A stretch of DNA of 64,000 nucleotides from Felis catus (Eukaryota). The stretch spans positions 101,494,001-101,558,000 of the forward strand of contig NC_058369.1 of assembly GCF_018350175.1 (NCBI RefSeq). Reading direction: 5' to 3'. The notes below the pieces were generated by a model. That model saw nothing but the letters and a program-made list of their open reading frames with translations, had not been told where the DNA came from and searched no databases. Numbering within the stretch: the stretch's first letter is position 1; the number at the start of each line of letters is the position of its first letter. This document shows positions 10,306 through 21,856 of the stretch, in pieces. Both the position numbers and the translations under genes were made by a program.

Positions 10306-12384
10306 ATCATGTGGGTATGAGTGATAGGACGTGGTAACTGGTCACATTAGTTATCAGAGGGAAAAGGAAGAAATTTCAAGTCTGAATGGTAGGGAAATTG
10401 GTAGTAACATTAGTATAACTGGAACTTATTCTTGGGGAATAGGTTCATAAAACAATTATTCTAAACATGGAAGATTCCACAAGTTCTTCATTTTGTTCAT
10501 TGATCCCAGTATTTTGGATTTATACAGAATTCTGTCTTGTCTTCTGGAGTCTCAGCTTTCCACCCTTTGTGACATCTGAGAATGGTTACCAATCATCTCG
10601 CTCTTTTGGGTTCCGTTCACCCCCTCTCTCCCCTGTATCTTTTCCTTCTTTCCTGATCATTGCTTCTCAGTCTCCTTTGCAGGCCCTTTTTTCCCTCAGA
10701 TTTTCATTCTTACTGCCTTTGCATACAGTGGATGCACAATAAATGTTTGTTGAATTACATTGCCTTTGAAAGATTAGTTTCAGGTTTACTGAGAGACTGA
10801 CTCTTTGGTGCTAGGGACTAAGGGTGTGCCAGAATTCAGAAAGTAGGAACATACACTAAATACAGTTCCTTGTTTTAGGATCTGTTTTCTACACAATGGG
10901 TCACTCTTTGTTGGGGAATTCCTGTACTGTTGATCTGTTCATCATTGTTCAGTAGTGGCAACATCAGGAGAACAAATTCTTAATATTGGCTGTGTCATAT
11001 GGGCATGTGTAATTCAGAAAATACTTTCAAACCAAATAATGAAGCTTCCCTGTCTTCTAATTTGGGAAGGATGAAAACTTACCTTTCTTTTTTCTTTCTT
11101 TTTTTTTTTTTTTTAAATCTCGACTTTTGTACAAGTAGATTAGTGATGAGTTAATAAGCAAGATCACATTTAAATATTTTCATTTGAGGTTGCTTATTAA
11201 CATTCTTAACCCTACCACCTGCACCTGCCCCCCAACCCATTCACCTAGGTTACTTTTGCTTTCATTTCTCATGGGGCTTGTATGTCAAGGGAGATCCAAG
11301 AACTTTGCTTTTCTGACACAGCTTTGCAAACATGTGTTGTGTGTCTGCTTTGTGCAAAGTGCTGTGGGAGGCTTCACTGAAGATACAAAGGTTTCAGATT
11401 GCTTCTGCCCTTCAGGAGAGACTGGCTTAATGGGAGAAGTAGACACATATGTAACTGCTCCAGGGCAGGCGATGACAAGGGTCATAATATAGTGCAGACA
11501 GAGCCAGGACCCCCTGTGTAAACATCACTCTAAGACTGAGCCACATACGTGACTTGCCATATTTCTTTTCTGAACTGTACACGTTTAACTCGTAACTTAC
11601 CTGAGTTGGATTAGAATGTGTTTCCTTGAAAGATTCTGAAGTCAGAAACATACTCTGAAAATTAAGATTTAACAGAATTTAACTAAAAATACATTGAATA
11701 ACATCGACTTGATTCTTAGAAATTTTATTTGATTAAGTTGCTTTTAAGTTGGTACTATCCAAAGAAATTAGAGAAAACTAGAGTGATATTAAATAAGCAA
11801 GGATATAAACCAGTCTTATGTTTATGTGAGCCCAGTATTTAGGAAATAAATACCCTGAAATTCCCTAGCCAAATTATATTTTAAAATATGTTTTGAGTAC
11901 AGGCAAAAGAAAATTACAAACAGCACAGTAGGAAAAAATGTAACTCTCATAAATACAGTGAGGTAGAATGTAAAATACTTGAATGGGTTATTGCTGTTTA
12001 GTTAAGGTGCCTTACAGTTAAGTAAAACCAATGACAGTTTTACAATTACTGGAGAACCAAAGCCATGTGAATTTAAAAATGTTAAATGTACTTAAGGTTT
12101 GAAATTTAAACAAAAAGTTACTTTTGCTTTTTAAAGAGAGTCCTTTCTTCTACATTAACTCAATCCCTCAGAAAAGAATGAGTGAAAAAGAACCAAGTAT
12201 ACATATTAAACGAAATACAAGCCGCTGAAGAATCATTTTAACTTTTGTTTAAAGCTAGTCACAAAACGGAGCGTACGATTTGTGTCCTAAGTAAACAGTG
12301 CAGCTTTACTGGCAACGTGATGGCTTGCAACTTTTATTTAAATTCGTTCTTCTGACGATGAAAAATGTAGCTTCATGGAGGCAT

Positions 12385-12690
12385 ATCCCCTAGTTTTCCT
12401 TGGCATCTTCCTTAAAAACCTAAAATCGGAAACAAACAGTATGCCCACCAGTTTTATAGGTGATAGTAAATTGGGAAGTATCTCAAATAGCGAAATAAGA
12501 GAAGTACCTCAAAGATGCTTAAAAAGATTTGAAAGTATCACAGGAAACAGTAAGATAATACATCTAAGGGCAAGTAATCTGAAAGAGATATTCAATGGGA
12601 GAAAATGCTTAGTAATGCTGAAAGGGAGCCAACGTGCTATCAGACAGCAAAGCAGGTATAAGGTTGCAATGGGATATGGCAGGCACAAAG
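12385..12690 (+). mobile_element. Ancient CR1/L3-clade LINE reverse-transcriptase remnant
   Basis: PLVFLGIFLKNL..NSMPTSFIGDSKLGSISN..REVPQRCLKRFES..FNGRKCLVMLKG aligns by eye with CR1 PVLFNIFINDL..STLSKFADDTKLGG..QRDLDRLE..FNxxKCKVLHLG. Confidence 0.7.
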
Positions 12691-13179
12691 ACCTGTTGCC
12701 ACTTGGGGAGCCATTTTGCAAACTCATTACAGTAAAAAGAAAGGAAGCAGAAATCTCTTACAAACTGACAGTGTCAAGAACACATTTGTCCTATATTAAC
12801 CTCCAAACTTCCAGATACAGTAGCCACTGATGTTGTGAGTCATTTGGAAAACAGAAATTACAGTGTTTGGAATAGGGAAGAATTGACCTCAAAAAAAAAA
12901 AAAAAGGTTTTAAAAATAAAAGGTCTTACCTTTTGTTTAAGTAATAAAACAATATGAAGTTACATGATGGATATAAGCAACTTGTTGAAAGACAAAATTG
13001 TTGAGATTAAATTGAGACCATAGAAGCTGGGATTAGTGTGAACACTTTTATAGGCAATTCTCAACATCTAGGCCAATTGTGTAGATTACAAAAGAGCATC
13101 ATAGAGCAGTGATGGGAGCTGGGTCTCTTGAAGTAAGTTTGGAGTTCATGAAGAACTTCACTAAGTAACAGTGCCAGAA

Positions 13180-13290
13180 TTGATTAGAAACAGCATGTTC
13201 TAGCAATGAGGTAGTATTTCTACTGTTGTCTATACTGGCCAGATTACTCTGCCTAATTGTTTACAATCTTTGGTTCAGTGTTTATAGTCT
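13180..13290 (+). mobile_element. Probable continuation of the CR1/L3 remnant
   Basis: gaggtagtatttctactgttgtctatactggccaga (EVVFLLLSILAR) resembles CR1 EVIVPLYSALVR. Confidence 0.45.
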
Positions 13291-13839
13291 AGGACCATTT
13301 AGATGTCTTTGCCAGGGTACCCTGCCCTTTCTCTTAGCACCTTTTTTGATCTTGGCTTCTAGAATTTCTTTGACTGGCTTAACTTCTTACCTCTGCAATT
13401 GGCCCTCTGCTTTCAGAGCACTTCCTTCCCTGTATACACCTGCTATTTTGTCTCAGCACTGATCATGTTTGTCCCCACCTGTCACTGTTTGCTAGTGCTG
13501 ACCCATCTTTGCTGTAATTCTTATTATCACTACTTTTCTTAAGGACACGTCAAATCAGATGTTTTATTGGCTTCTTAAATTTAAATACTCAATTTATTGA
13601 GGCTCTGTTCTCAGTCTTCCCATTCCCAATCTAACCAATCCACAGCCTTCCACCTATGCTGGTGAGGACAGCATCTCACTGATCAAAAGGCTGAACTCCT
13701 AAACGTCACCATATCCTATCTTTCACCACTTTGCCTTTTATGTCCCTTCTTTTCTGTCCCTTTCTTCGGGTAGCCAAATTCTTAATCTGGTCTTGAGATC
13801 TTTCTCTCAAAATATTCCTTCTGTTTCTTGCAACAGTGC

Positions 13840-13862
13840 TTGATGATGATGATGATGATGAT
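13840..13862 (+). repeat. (GAT)n microsatellite
   Basis: tgatgatgatgatgatgatgat. Confidence 0.9.
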
Positions 13863-14214
13863 ATTTAATAAAGCAATACCATTGTCTCAAACTACTAGTG
13901 ACTTACGAAACTTCTAACTTAGATTAAAATGGTTTTGATATTTTCTTTTTTAAGCTCAAAAACAGAAATTAGATACATTAAGCAAATTTAATAATATTTT
14001 TAGCTTAATATTAAAGCCCTAAAAGTTACTTTTTAAAATCAAAAATTGTTTAGGTCATTGAATTGTTATCTTTTATTGAACTATCAGTCATTTCTTGAGT
14101 TCCATCTCTATGCCAGGGGTAGAGCCAGGCCTGCACCAAGTATTAGGTAGTCTCTGGCCTTGAAAGTTTACATTCTGGTTATGGGCAATAATTTTGGCTG
14201 AGCAACCGAGAAAT

Positions 14215-14600
14215 CTTTCATACATTCAATAAATATTCACTGAGCTTCCGGCTCTACACGAGGCACTGTGCCAGGGAGTGGGGATACACTACGGTAAGCA
14301 AGACACGTAAGATCATTGGCCACATGACTTTCAATCAGCCGGGGAGAGCGATCATTAAACAGTTAATAAAGTGGCAGGTCCAGAGGTGTTGTGTACTTAG
14401 GGGCACTTACCCTAGTAGATGAGCAAGCAGGAACTGTAGGAGGAGGGAAGACGGGGCTGACCTTGGTGTTGTGTACTGAGAGCCCAGTGTGCTTGTAGAA
14501 CTGAAAGAAGGTTGATAGGAATTTACTGTAGATTCAGTTGGGGAATGGTGACTTGAACTATTCAAGACAGGAGGGAGGAGGGCTGGTAGCTGGAGGGAGA
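14215..14600 (-). mobile_element. L2 3' end
   Basis: cattcaataaatattcactgagc...aggcactgtgccagggagtggggatac. Confidence 0.75.
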
Positions 14601-14761
14601 CCTGGGGTTCTTACAGGCTCATTTAATAGGCATAGATATCTATCTCGAGTTTTAGAAATAAAATATGGTCCTACCCAAAATCTTGGAAGTAATTCTCTTG
14701 CCCCGATTTAGTGTCTTTGGGATATTTTTCTGAACACTTATTAAATTTGTAGCCAAGAAAG

Positions 14762-14764
<3 letters not shown>

Positions 14765-14799
<35 letters not shown>
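14765..14799 (+). repeat. (TG)n microsatellite
   Basis: Direct read. Confidence 0.98.
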
Positions 14800-14802
<3 letters not shown>

Positions 14803-16244
14803 TATGTGTATACACATAAAAGTATTATATATAAATGGTAGAACAGTTCTTCTCAGTCACAACTCATTTTTGTAGTGAAATAATAGTTTTAATCAGAATT
14901 GCCCTTCTGGTCATTTGTTTGGCACAGGCTCTTTTGTTAGGATCCAAACATGGCACTTAGAACTGAATTGTAGCAATTTTCTCATCTTAATAAAATTGTG
15001 ATTGTGCCATGGCATCAGATTATTCTAGAGCAACCTTGCCAAGAAGCAGCAAAATTGACTTGTCTTTTTTTTTTTCTTCCTGGGTATATATGTAGTTAAA
15101 CTCAATTTTTAAAAATATATTTTACTACAAGTTCTTGCTTATCGCAGGCAAACCCAGTGACCTATTATTTGTTACTTGTATCTGCAGGCCAACAATTTAT
15201 ATTAGGAAGTAAAACTTTTACTGTATAGCATTAAAGTTCATCTGATGAATAAACTGATACTGCCTCAGGTTTCAAACTTTGTTGTGAGTAAAATAAGTCC
15301 TCATGCAGTTTAGAAGTAGTACAGCAGCTGCAGACCCAGAAGAACGCGTGCTGTTACTCACATAATAAAGGAACCCCCAAAGCCTTATAATTTATAGATT
15401 CATAACCACTTCTCGTTGAATTTATTCTTCTAAATGGTGCAGGTGCTACTTTGGTGTAAAAACATACAACCCTCTTTAGGCAATCTAGAAGAACTCCAAG
15501 GTGCTTAATTTTTCTTTCCCCCCTTCTTCCATTGTGAGCTGGTTAGCGTTGAGGATAAACTCAGCACTCCTTTAAAGCTCAAAGGTGTGATTGTTTAAAA
15601 ACTTACCTAAAACTCCTTTTTAATCATTTAAATATATATGTAATTTCCTACAGATGTGTAATGGATCATTTATTTAAGATTTGGACAGTTCATTTGAAGC
15701 CCTATTCTTCACTTATTAGAAAATATTATGGTCTTGCCATGTTCTGTACGGGTCTAGATGTTGCTGGTATGTTGATGAGGGCCACAGAAGTCCCTGCCCT
15801 CATGGAAACTCAGAGTCTGGTGCAGTTTATATTTTGGTGGATTTTGTAAGCACTCTTGCCTATTTGGCTTTCATGGAACCTCTTGTCTGATGAAATCTAG
15901 GCGACTCTTTCAAGTTCTGTCTTTTAAAGTCTGCTCCCTTTAAAATGATGGCATGAGTGTATTGCTTCAGAGATGGCGGTGACTATTTATCGTGAATAGC
16001 GAGCATTCCAAGAAATTAAGCTGGTAACCAAAAGTAGGATTAAATAGTGTGCATTGTTAAGCACGTTTATTTTAGATTTCAACTTCAGGGTATTAGTAGC
16101 TGGCATTATTTCATTAATAAAGCAGCATTTTCACCAAGTTTTGTAAGAGGGTAAACAATTTTCCAGGAGATCATCAGGGGCTAATATGAATTCTACAGTA
16201 AAGTACTCTGCTCCAGATCATAATAACAATTCCCCCCCCCCAAT

Positions 16245-16470
16245 AATAACAGTTTATACTTCGGTGCCAAGTACTATTTTAAGAGCTTTACATAAATTGA
16301 CTAGTTTAATCCTCAAATAATGCTTTGAGGTAGATACTATTATTATACCTCTGTATTACATACATGGAGCTCAGAGTAAGTAACTTGCCTAAGGTTACAA
16401 AGCTAGCAGGAGGCAAGGCTGAGATGAGATCCCAGGCAGTCTGGTTCTCCGCCTCTGTGCTCTACACTTC
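16245..16470 (-). mobile_element. MIR SINE
   Basis: tttaatcctca..gaggtagatactattatt..taagtaacttgcctaaggttaca..cccaggcagtctgg. Confidence 0.85.
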
Positions 16471-17200
16471 TCACACTTAAATATATGCTTTCTCATTACC
16501 CTTCTTGCTTTTTTGTGTCCTAGTAATTTGCTTTCTCTCAGATACGTAAATATTGACTTGTGTAACATACACACCTTACTCTGAAAGTGAACCTACTGGC
16601 TTTTTAATTAGGGTTTTTTTCCATGTTCATAACTCTCTTATCTTACAAAGGCTTTTTTCAAATTCTAAGTCCAGCAGGTAGTAATTTGGAAGTTCATTTG
16701 TTTTGGTTCTTTATGGTTTTGCTTGCTTATTTGTTATTTAATGTGTGTTTTTTTTTTATACCTAGTACCCTGGCAGATTTATCACATTTTAAAACGAAAA
16801 TTTAGTCAAATTCATTGCACACAAAATTTTATTTCTCTGTGCCTCTGGAGAGCAGTGGAGATAGAAAAGCAGTCCTTGTTTTCCCATAAAGAGGAGCACA
16901 GTTTTGCCGACCTCACGTTCAGCCCACTGCAATATTTTGGGTTACTTTTCATCCCTTTGGGTTTTTTGCTGGAGCAAGTATTTCTGCTGTTGTGACTCTA
17001 CACTGTATTGAACGCGCCTGTGTTGTTTGGCTCCTGGCCTCCTCTCCTGCCTAGTGTTTCTGCTCCTCCTCCCAGGTCAGCTGATGGCAGCTTCTGTGAC
17101 AGGGCCTGTGCGCTCCTCCCAGTCTTGAGGATTTGCTGCCTTCAGTGCATCTGCTTGACTTTGCTGTGTTGTTAACTAATTACACTCCTTGAGGCCAAGG

Positions 17201-17203
<3 letters not shown>

Positions 17204-17246
<43 letters not shown>
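17204..17246 (+). repeat. (TG)n microsatellite
   Basis: Direct read. Confidence 0.98.
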
Positions 17247-17247
<1 letters not shown>

Positions 17248-18524
17248 TTGTTAGTTACACTGCTCAATCCTGAGGCTTAAGATGCTGCCAGATATATACT
17301 AGGGGTTTGATATTTGCTGAATGAAGACACATCTATATTATAACACTCATTTTATTGTATTTAATAGTTGGTACATGAATTTGTCCTTCCCCTTCTTCTC
17401 TCACTCATGTTTGCATTTTCCCTGCTGTCTATAATGCATTAGGTAGGTCGGTAAATATTTACTGAATTAGTGAATGAGCGAGTAAATAATACTCGTCCAT
17501 CTCTGTGGCACTAGATAGGGATGATTAAAGGGAGGAGAGAGAATGGATAGAAATGAAAGGGCCAGTGAATTAGAAATTTTAGAACTCTGAATTTAGAAAA
17601 GAGCAGAAGCACCAAGACCAGATGTCCCCTTTTGTTCATCTGTCCAGAAATTTAGCTTTTGCATGTCTGCAGTTTGCACAAATACTCACTTGTCTTTGAG
17701 GGTAACATGGTAAGGGAGTAGTTCTAGAGATTGGACCCTCAGTGAAAACTGCATAAATCTTCTTCTGTCAATTAGGGAGACTTCAATGGCGTTAACTTAC
17801 GCAAAAAAAAATCTCAAAAAAAAAATAATGTGTCTGCTTATTAAGATATAGTGAACTTTATCATATTGTAAGTTCTAAATTGAGTCATCAAAACAAGAAC
17901 CTCAGAAATAATATACAAGTTTATTCCATACTGTGGGAGGCCAGAGGACTCGAAGATACTTATTCTCTTCTCTTCACATGCCTCAGAAAACCTGTCTCAC
18001 TCACCGGACGGTTTTCCCTACAAATCATATGATGTCTTCACTCATCAAATGCTTGTAGAGTGTGTACTCTGTACCCAGGTAGTTGTCTTGGTGGCCTGAT
18101 GACCTTGGGCAATCAAATTTATTTTGGACCGTTCTTTTTTGTTTCTATAAAGAATGGAGGGAGGTGGAGAGGGACAGAGGGAAGCACATATATATGGAAG
18201 AAGCAGCATGTCCTAAGACAGAGTTCTGACAGCACAGCATGTTCTAGAAATGGTACAGCATGGTCATGGTGGTCGGAACACAGGGTCCAGGAGAAAAGAG
18301 GAAAGAAGTCGCCACAGGCCTTGGGGAAACAGAGCTACATGGATGAAAGTGGGTATTGAGAGCTGTTGGGGACTTAAAACCCATCAGCACAGTAAACATA
18401 CTTTCCCCTGGTCTCCTGCCCACCACCTTTTCAACCAGCGTTCCTCTTACTGTGCTGGTTGACTCCGGTACAGATTTTTGATTTCTACCCTTAGCTCAGA
18501 GCTCAGGAGGACTCTCTTCTCTTT

Positions 18525-18744
18525 AAAAAAAAATTTTTTTTTCTTAAAATCTATTCATTTTTGAGAGACAGAGAGCATGAGCGGGGGAGGGGCAAAGAGA
18601 GAAAGGGAGACACAGAATCGGGAGCCAGCTCCAAGCTCTGAGCTGTCAGCACAGAGCCCAACACAGGGCTCCAACTCATGAACCGTGAGATCATGACCTG
18701 AGCCAAAGGCAAGCGCTTAACTGACTGAGCCACCTGGGCGCCCC
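18525..18744 (-). mobile_element. CAN-SINE (SINEC_Fc) with TSD tcttctcttt
   Basis: Reverse body ending gagccacctgggcgcccc; flanking direct repeats. Confidence 0.96.
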
Positions 18745-19239
18745 TCTTCTCTTTTTTTTTAAAAAAAAATTTCCAACCTGTTTCTAATGAGCTGCATTTT
18801 TTAATTACCATAGTGAGTATTCTAAACTGCAGCAACTTTTCTCAGGAACCTCAGCTCTAATGACTCACCCACCCCCCCCCCCTTTTAAAGTAATGACTAA
18901 TTGCCCTTGTCATTTTTCTGAGGAAATGGGTAGGATCTGGCATGTGCTGCCTCAGTCTGCCTCCCCTCCACATCCAGACTTCCCTTTGCCTCCCGCCATC
19001 CTTACAGTCTTTCTGCCTCAGAGGGAAGTATGTGTTCACTTTTTTCAGCACCGACTCCTCCTCCAGTGCTCTTGAGCTTGCTTTGGGCTGTGGGACCTTC
19101 CTGTGTTGATCATCTGTGCTCTTATTTCTTCCTTATTACAGGCTCTTTCCTTTTAGCTCCTTAACATTCTCAGATCTCTCCTAGCCTTGAAACTGCATTC
19201 TTTGACTTTTTTTCTCAAGAAGTCCTGTGTTTCTTCTTA

Positions 19240-19800
19240 CTTAAGCAAGGAAGGTGGTCTGAGGATTTAGAAAGATTACCTGGCCATGAGGTGGAAAAGG
19301 AAGTGAAGGAAAGCAGAAATTTGAGGGAAAGATCAGCTACGAGGGTGTTGAAGATAAAGTGGTGACTGTGGGGAGGAGCTGACAAATCTGAGAGGTATAC
19401 AGGAGGTAGAACTGATCAGACTTCAAATGGATAGGAGATTAGAAGCAGATGGAGAAATCCCTGATGACCCCCAGAATTGAGGGAGCGAATACAGAAGGAG
19501 GAGCAAGTTTTAGGGAGAAGACAGTGTGTTCCCTTTTGGAAGTGTTGGGGTGAACTGCCCTTAGGGCATCCAGTTGGAGAAATTGAGTAGGCAATTGGAA
19601 GTATGATCTGTAACTCAAGAAAAATGTTGGTTCTTTAGAAACAACATTGGTAGTCAAAAGACATACTGGTATATCTTGAGGTATAGTGTTGGGTGAGATC
19701 TCCAAGTGATGGAGTAAGAAGAAAATGGCCTTGGGGAATAACAGAGGAGGTAGAATAAGAGGAACCTATGAAGGAAACAGAACAAATAGCCAGAGAGAAA
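19240..19800 (-). mobile_element. L2 fragment
   Basis: gagcaagttttagggagaagacagtgtgttccc...gtaggcaattggaagtatg...ggccttggggaata. Confidence 0.7.
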
Positions 19801-19814
19801 GAAGGATAAAGAGT

Positions 19815-19815
<1 letters not shown>

Positions 19816-19863
<48 letters not shown>

Positions 19864-19888
19864 GCGCACGTGCCTGCATGCATGCATG
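19816..19888 (+). repeat. (TG)n(CG)n alternating purine-pyrimidine microsatellite
   Basis: (tg)~17 followed by cgcgcgcgcacgcgcgcacgtg. Confidence 0.97.
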
Positions 19889-20661
19889 GGTGCCTTGTGT
19901 AATTTTTGTTAGATTAGTTTTAGCTCCTTGAAGAAAAGGCTGCTTTGTATTTCCTTATTAAAATTGTGTAGACTCAATCAATATCTAATATATGCCATTA
20001 TTGATAGAACCCGCTGAAAACAGAGTCAACCCTTGGGAAGAAGTTCCTTTGCCTGAAATCACATGTTGCTAGGGTTTCTGGAAAGAATGCATTTGTTAAT
20101 CAGATAGTTTGGGATGTCAATAGGAGACACATGGAAAAGTTGGGTGACTAGTGTGCTCAGGGAACAATCACTGCAGCAGCCACAGGATTTTATTTTCAAT
20201 AGCAACTTGTTTATTGATGTAGGCGATCTTGATGGCTGACTTGTTAGAAATCGTTGGTAGCTTCATGCCAGCGGTTTTGCCACCATAGTGGAAGTTCGCA
20301 GATCTGAACATTTTTGTTTTTATCTCCATGATGTTTGGTCACATTTACATTCCACTGCAACACTCCAGTCATGAGTCAAAATTAAACACTGTTATAAACT
20401 AGATTATATCCTTATGTTTGTGCAAAAAATCTTTTTCGGGGCAGGGGTAGAAATTTATAGCAATCCAAGAATTCATCCAAAAGCCACTAACAACTTAAGT
20501 TGGCCTCATATTAGCCGGATCCCACTTTGGGCCTCCATGGGAGGTGGTAGGAGGTGGGCAGTGCCTCAGGAGCTGTGCAAGAGGGCCCCCCTGGAGGTGT
20601 GCAAAGAAAGTCGTAAAACTTCCATTTACAAATTATTTCTATCTCACCCTAAGAAAAAACT

Positions 20662-20891
20662 GAGGCTCCTGGGTGGCTCAGCCGGTTAAGCGTCCAACTT
20701 CCGTTCAGGTCATGATCTCACAGTTAAGTGAGTTTGAGCTCCCCCATCGTCCTCAGTGCTGACAGCTCAGAGCCTAGAGCCTGCTTCAGATTCTGTTGAT
20801 TGTGTGTCTCCGTTTCTCTCTCAGCCCCTCCCCTGTTTGTGCGCTCTCTCGCTCCCTCTCTCTCTGAAATAATAAATGAATAAACGTAAAA
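20662..20891 (+). mobile_element. CAN-SINE with TSD aaaaaactg
   Basis: gaggctcctgggtggctcagccggttaagcgtcc head, CT tract, A tail. Confidence 0.95.
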
Positions 20892-21385
20892 AAAAAACTG
20901 CCAATTTTTGTGTGTTTTCGAACATTCATTAGAGATCAGTTCAGTGCTCCATGTTTGCAAATAAGTCAATTATATATTGATACAAATATAGAGGAGGCAT
21001 GCTCAACTATTTTTAAGTTGGTGTTTGTTCGGGAATAGACTCTGGAGACCTCAACTTTAAATCCTAGATACTGTTTGAATGCTGTGGGTAAGTCAGGAAC
21101 ATTTAGAAGTTTCTTAACAAAACTCTGTCAATAATTTTAGCTATTATCAGAGTCCAAGTGTTCTACTTGCAAATGCAGATGTGTGTGACCTGACCTTAAT
21201 TCCACAGGATGGATTTTGACCGAGAGCATCAAAAGACAAGTTCAAACCCATTTGCTGCCCTTTCTGTAAGCATGCCGCAGTTTCTCATGAACTACCTAGT
21301 GTCCCTCCGCGCACGGTGTGTTCTTTACAGCCGTGCTTTAGTCACAGGCAGTTTAAACTGTTCAATAGTATCTCGCTTTAAAAGG

Positions 21386-21856
21386 NNNNNNNNNNNNNNN
21401 NNNNNNNNNNNNNNNNNNNNNNNNNNNNNNNNNNNNNNNNNNNNNNNNNNNNNNNNNNNNNNNNNNNNNNNNNNNNNNNNNNNNNNNNNNNNNNNNNNNN
21501 NNNNNNNNNNNNNNNNNNNNNNNNNNNNNNNNNNNNNNNNNNNNNNNNNNNNNNNNNNNNNNNNNNNNNNNNNNNNNNNNNNNNNNNNNNNNNNNNNNNN
21601 NNNNNNNNNNNNNNNNNNNNNNNNNNNNNNNNNNNNNNNNNNNNNNNNNNNNNNNNNNNNNNNNGAGGTGCCCGCCTCGTGAAANNNNNNNNNNNNNNNN
21701 NNNNNNNNNNNNNNNNNNNNNNNNNNNNNNNNNNNNNNNNNNNNNNNNNNNNNNNNNNNNNNNNNNNNNNNNNNNNNNNNNNNNNNNNNNNNNNNNNNNN
21801 NNNNNNNNNNNNNNNNNNNNNNNNNNNNNNNNNNNNNNNNNNNNNNNNNNNNNNNN
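21386..21856. other. Two assembly gaps (21386-21664, 21685-21856) around a 20-nt island
   Basis: N runs; other gaps at 38444-38642, 39868-40021, 47877-48094 and 62018-62148. Confidence 0.99.

Noticed and set aside
12352-12385. Hammerhead-like CUGANGA cores (also near 15242 and 56270)
   Set aside because: No GAAA closing stem II and no stems I/III
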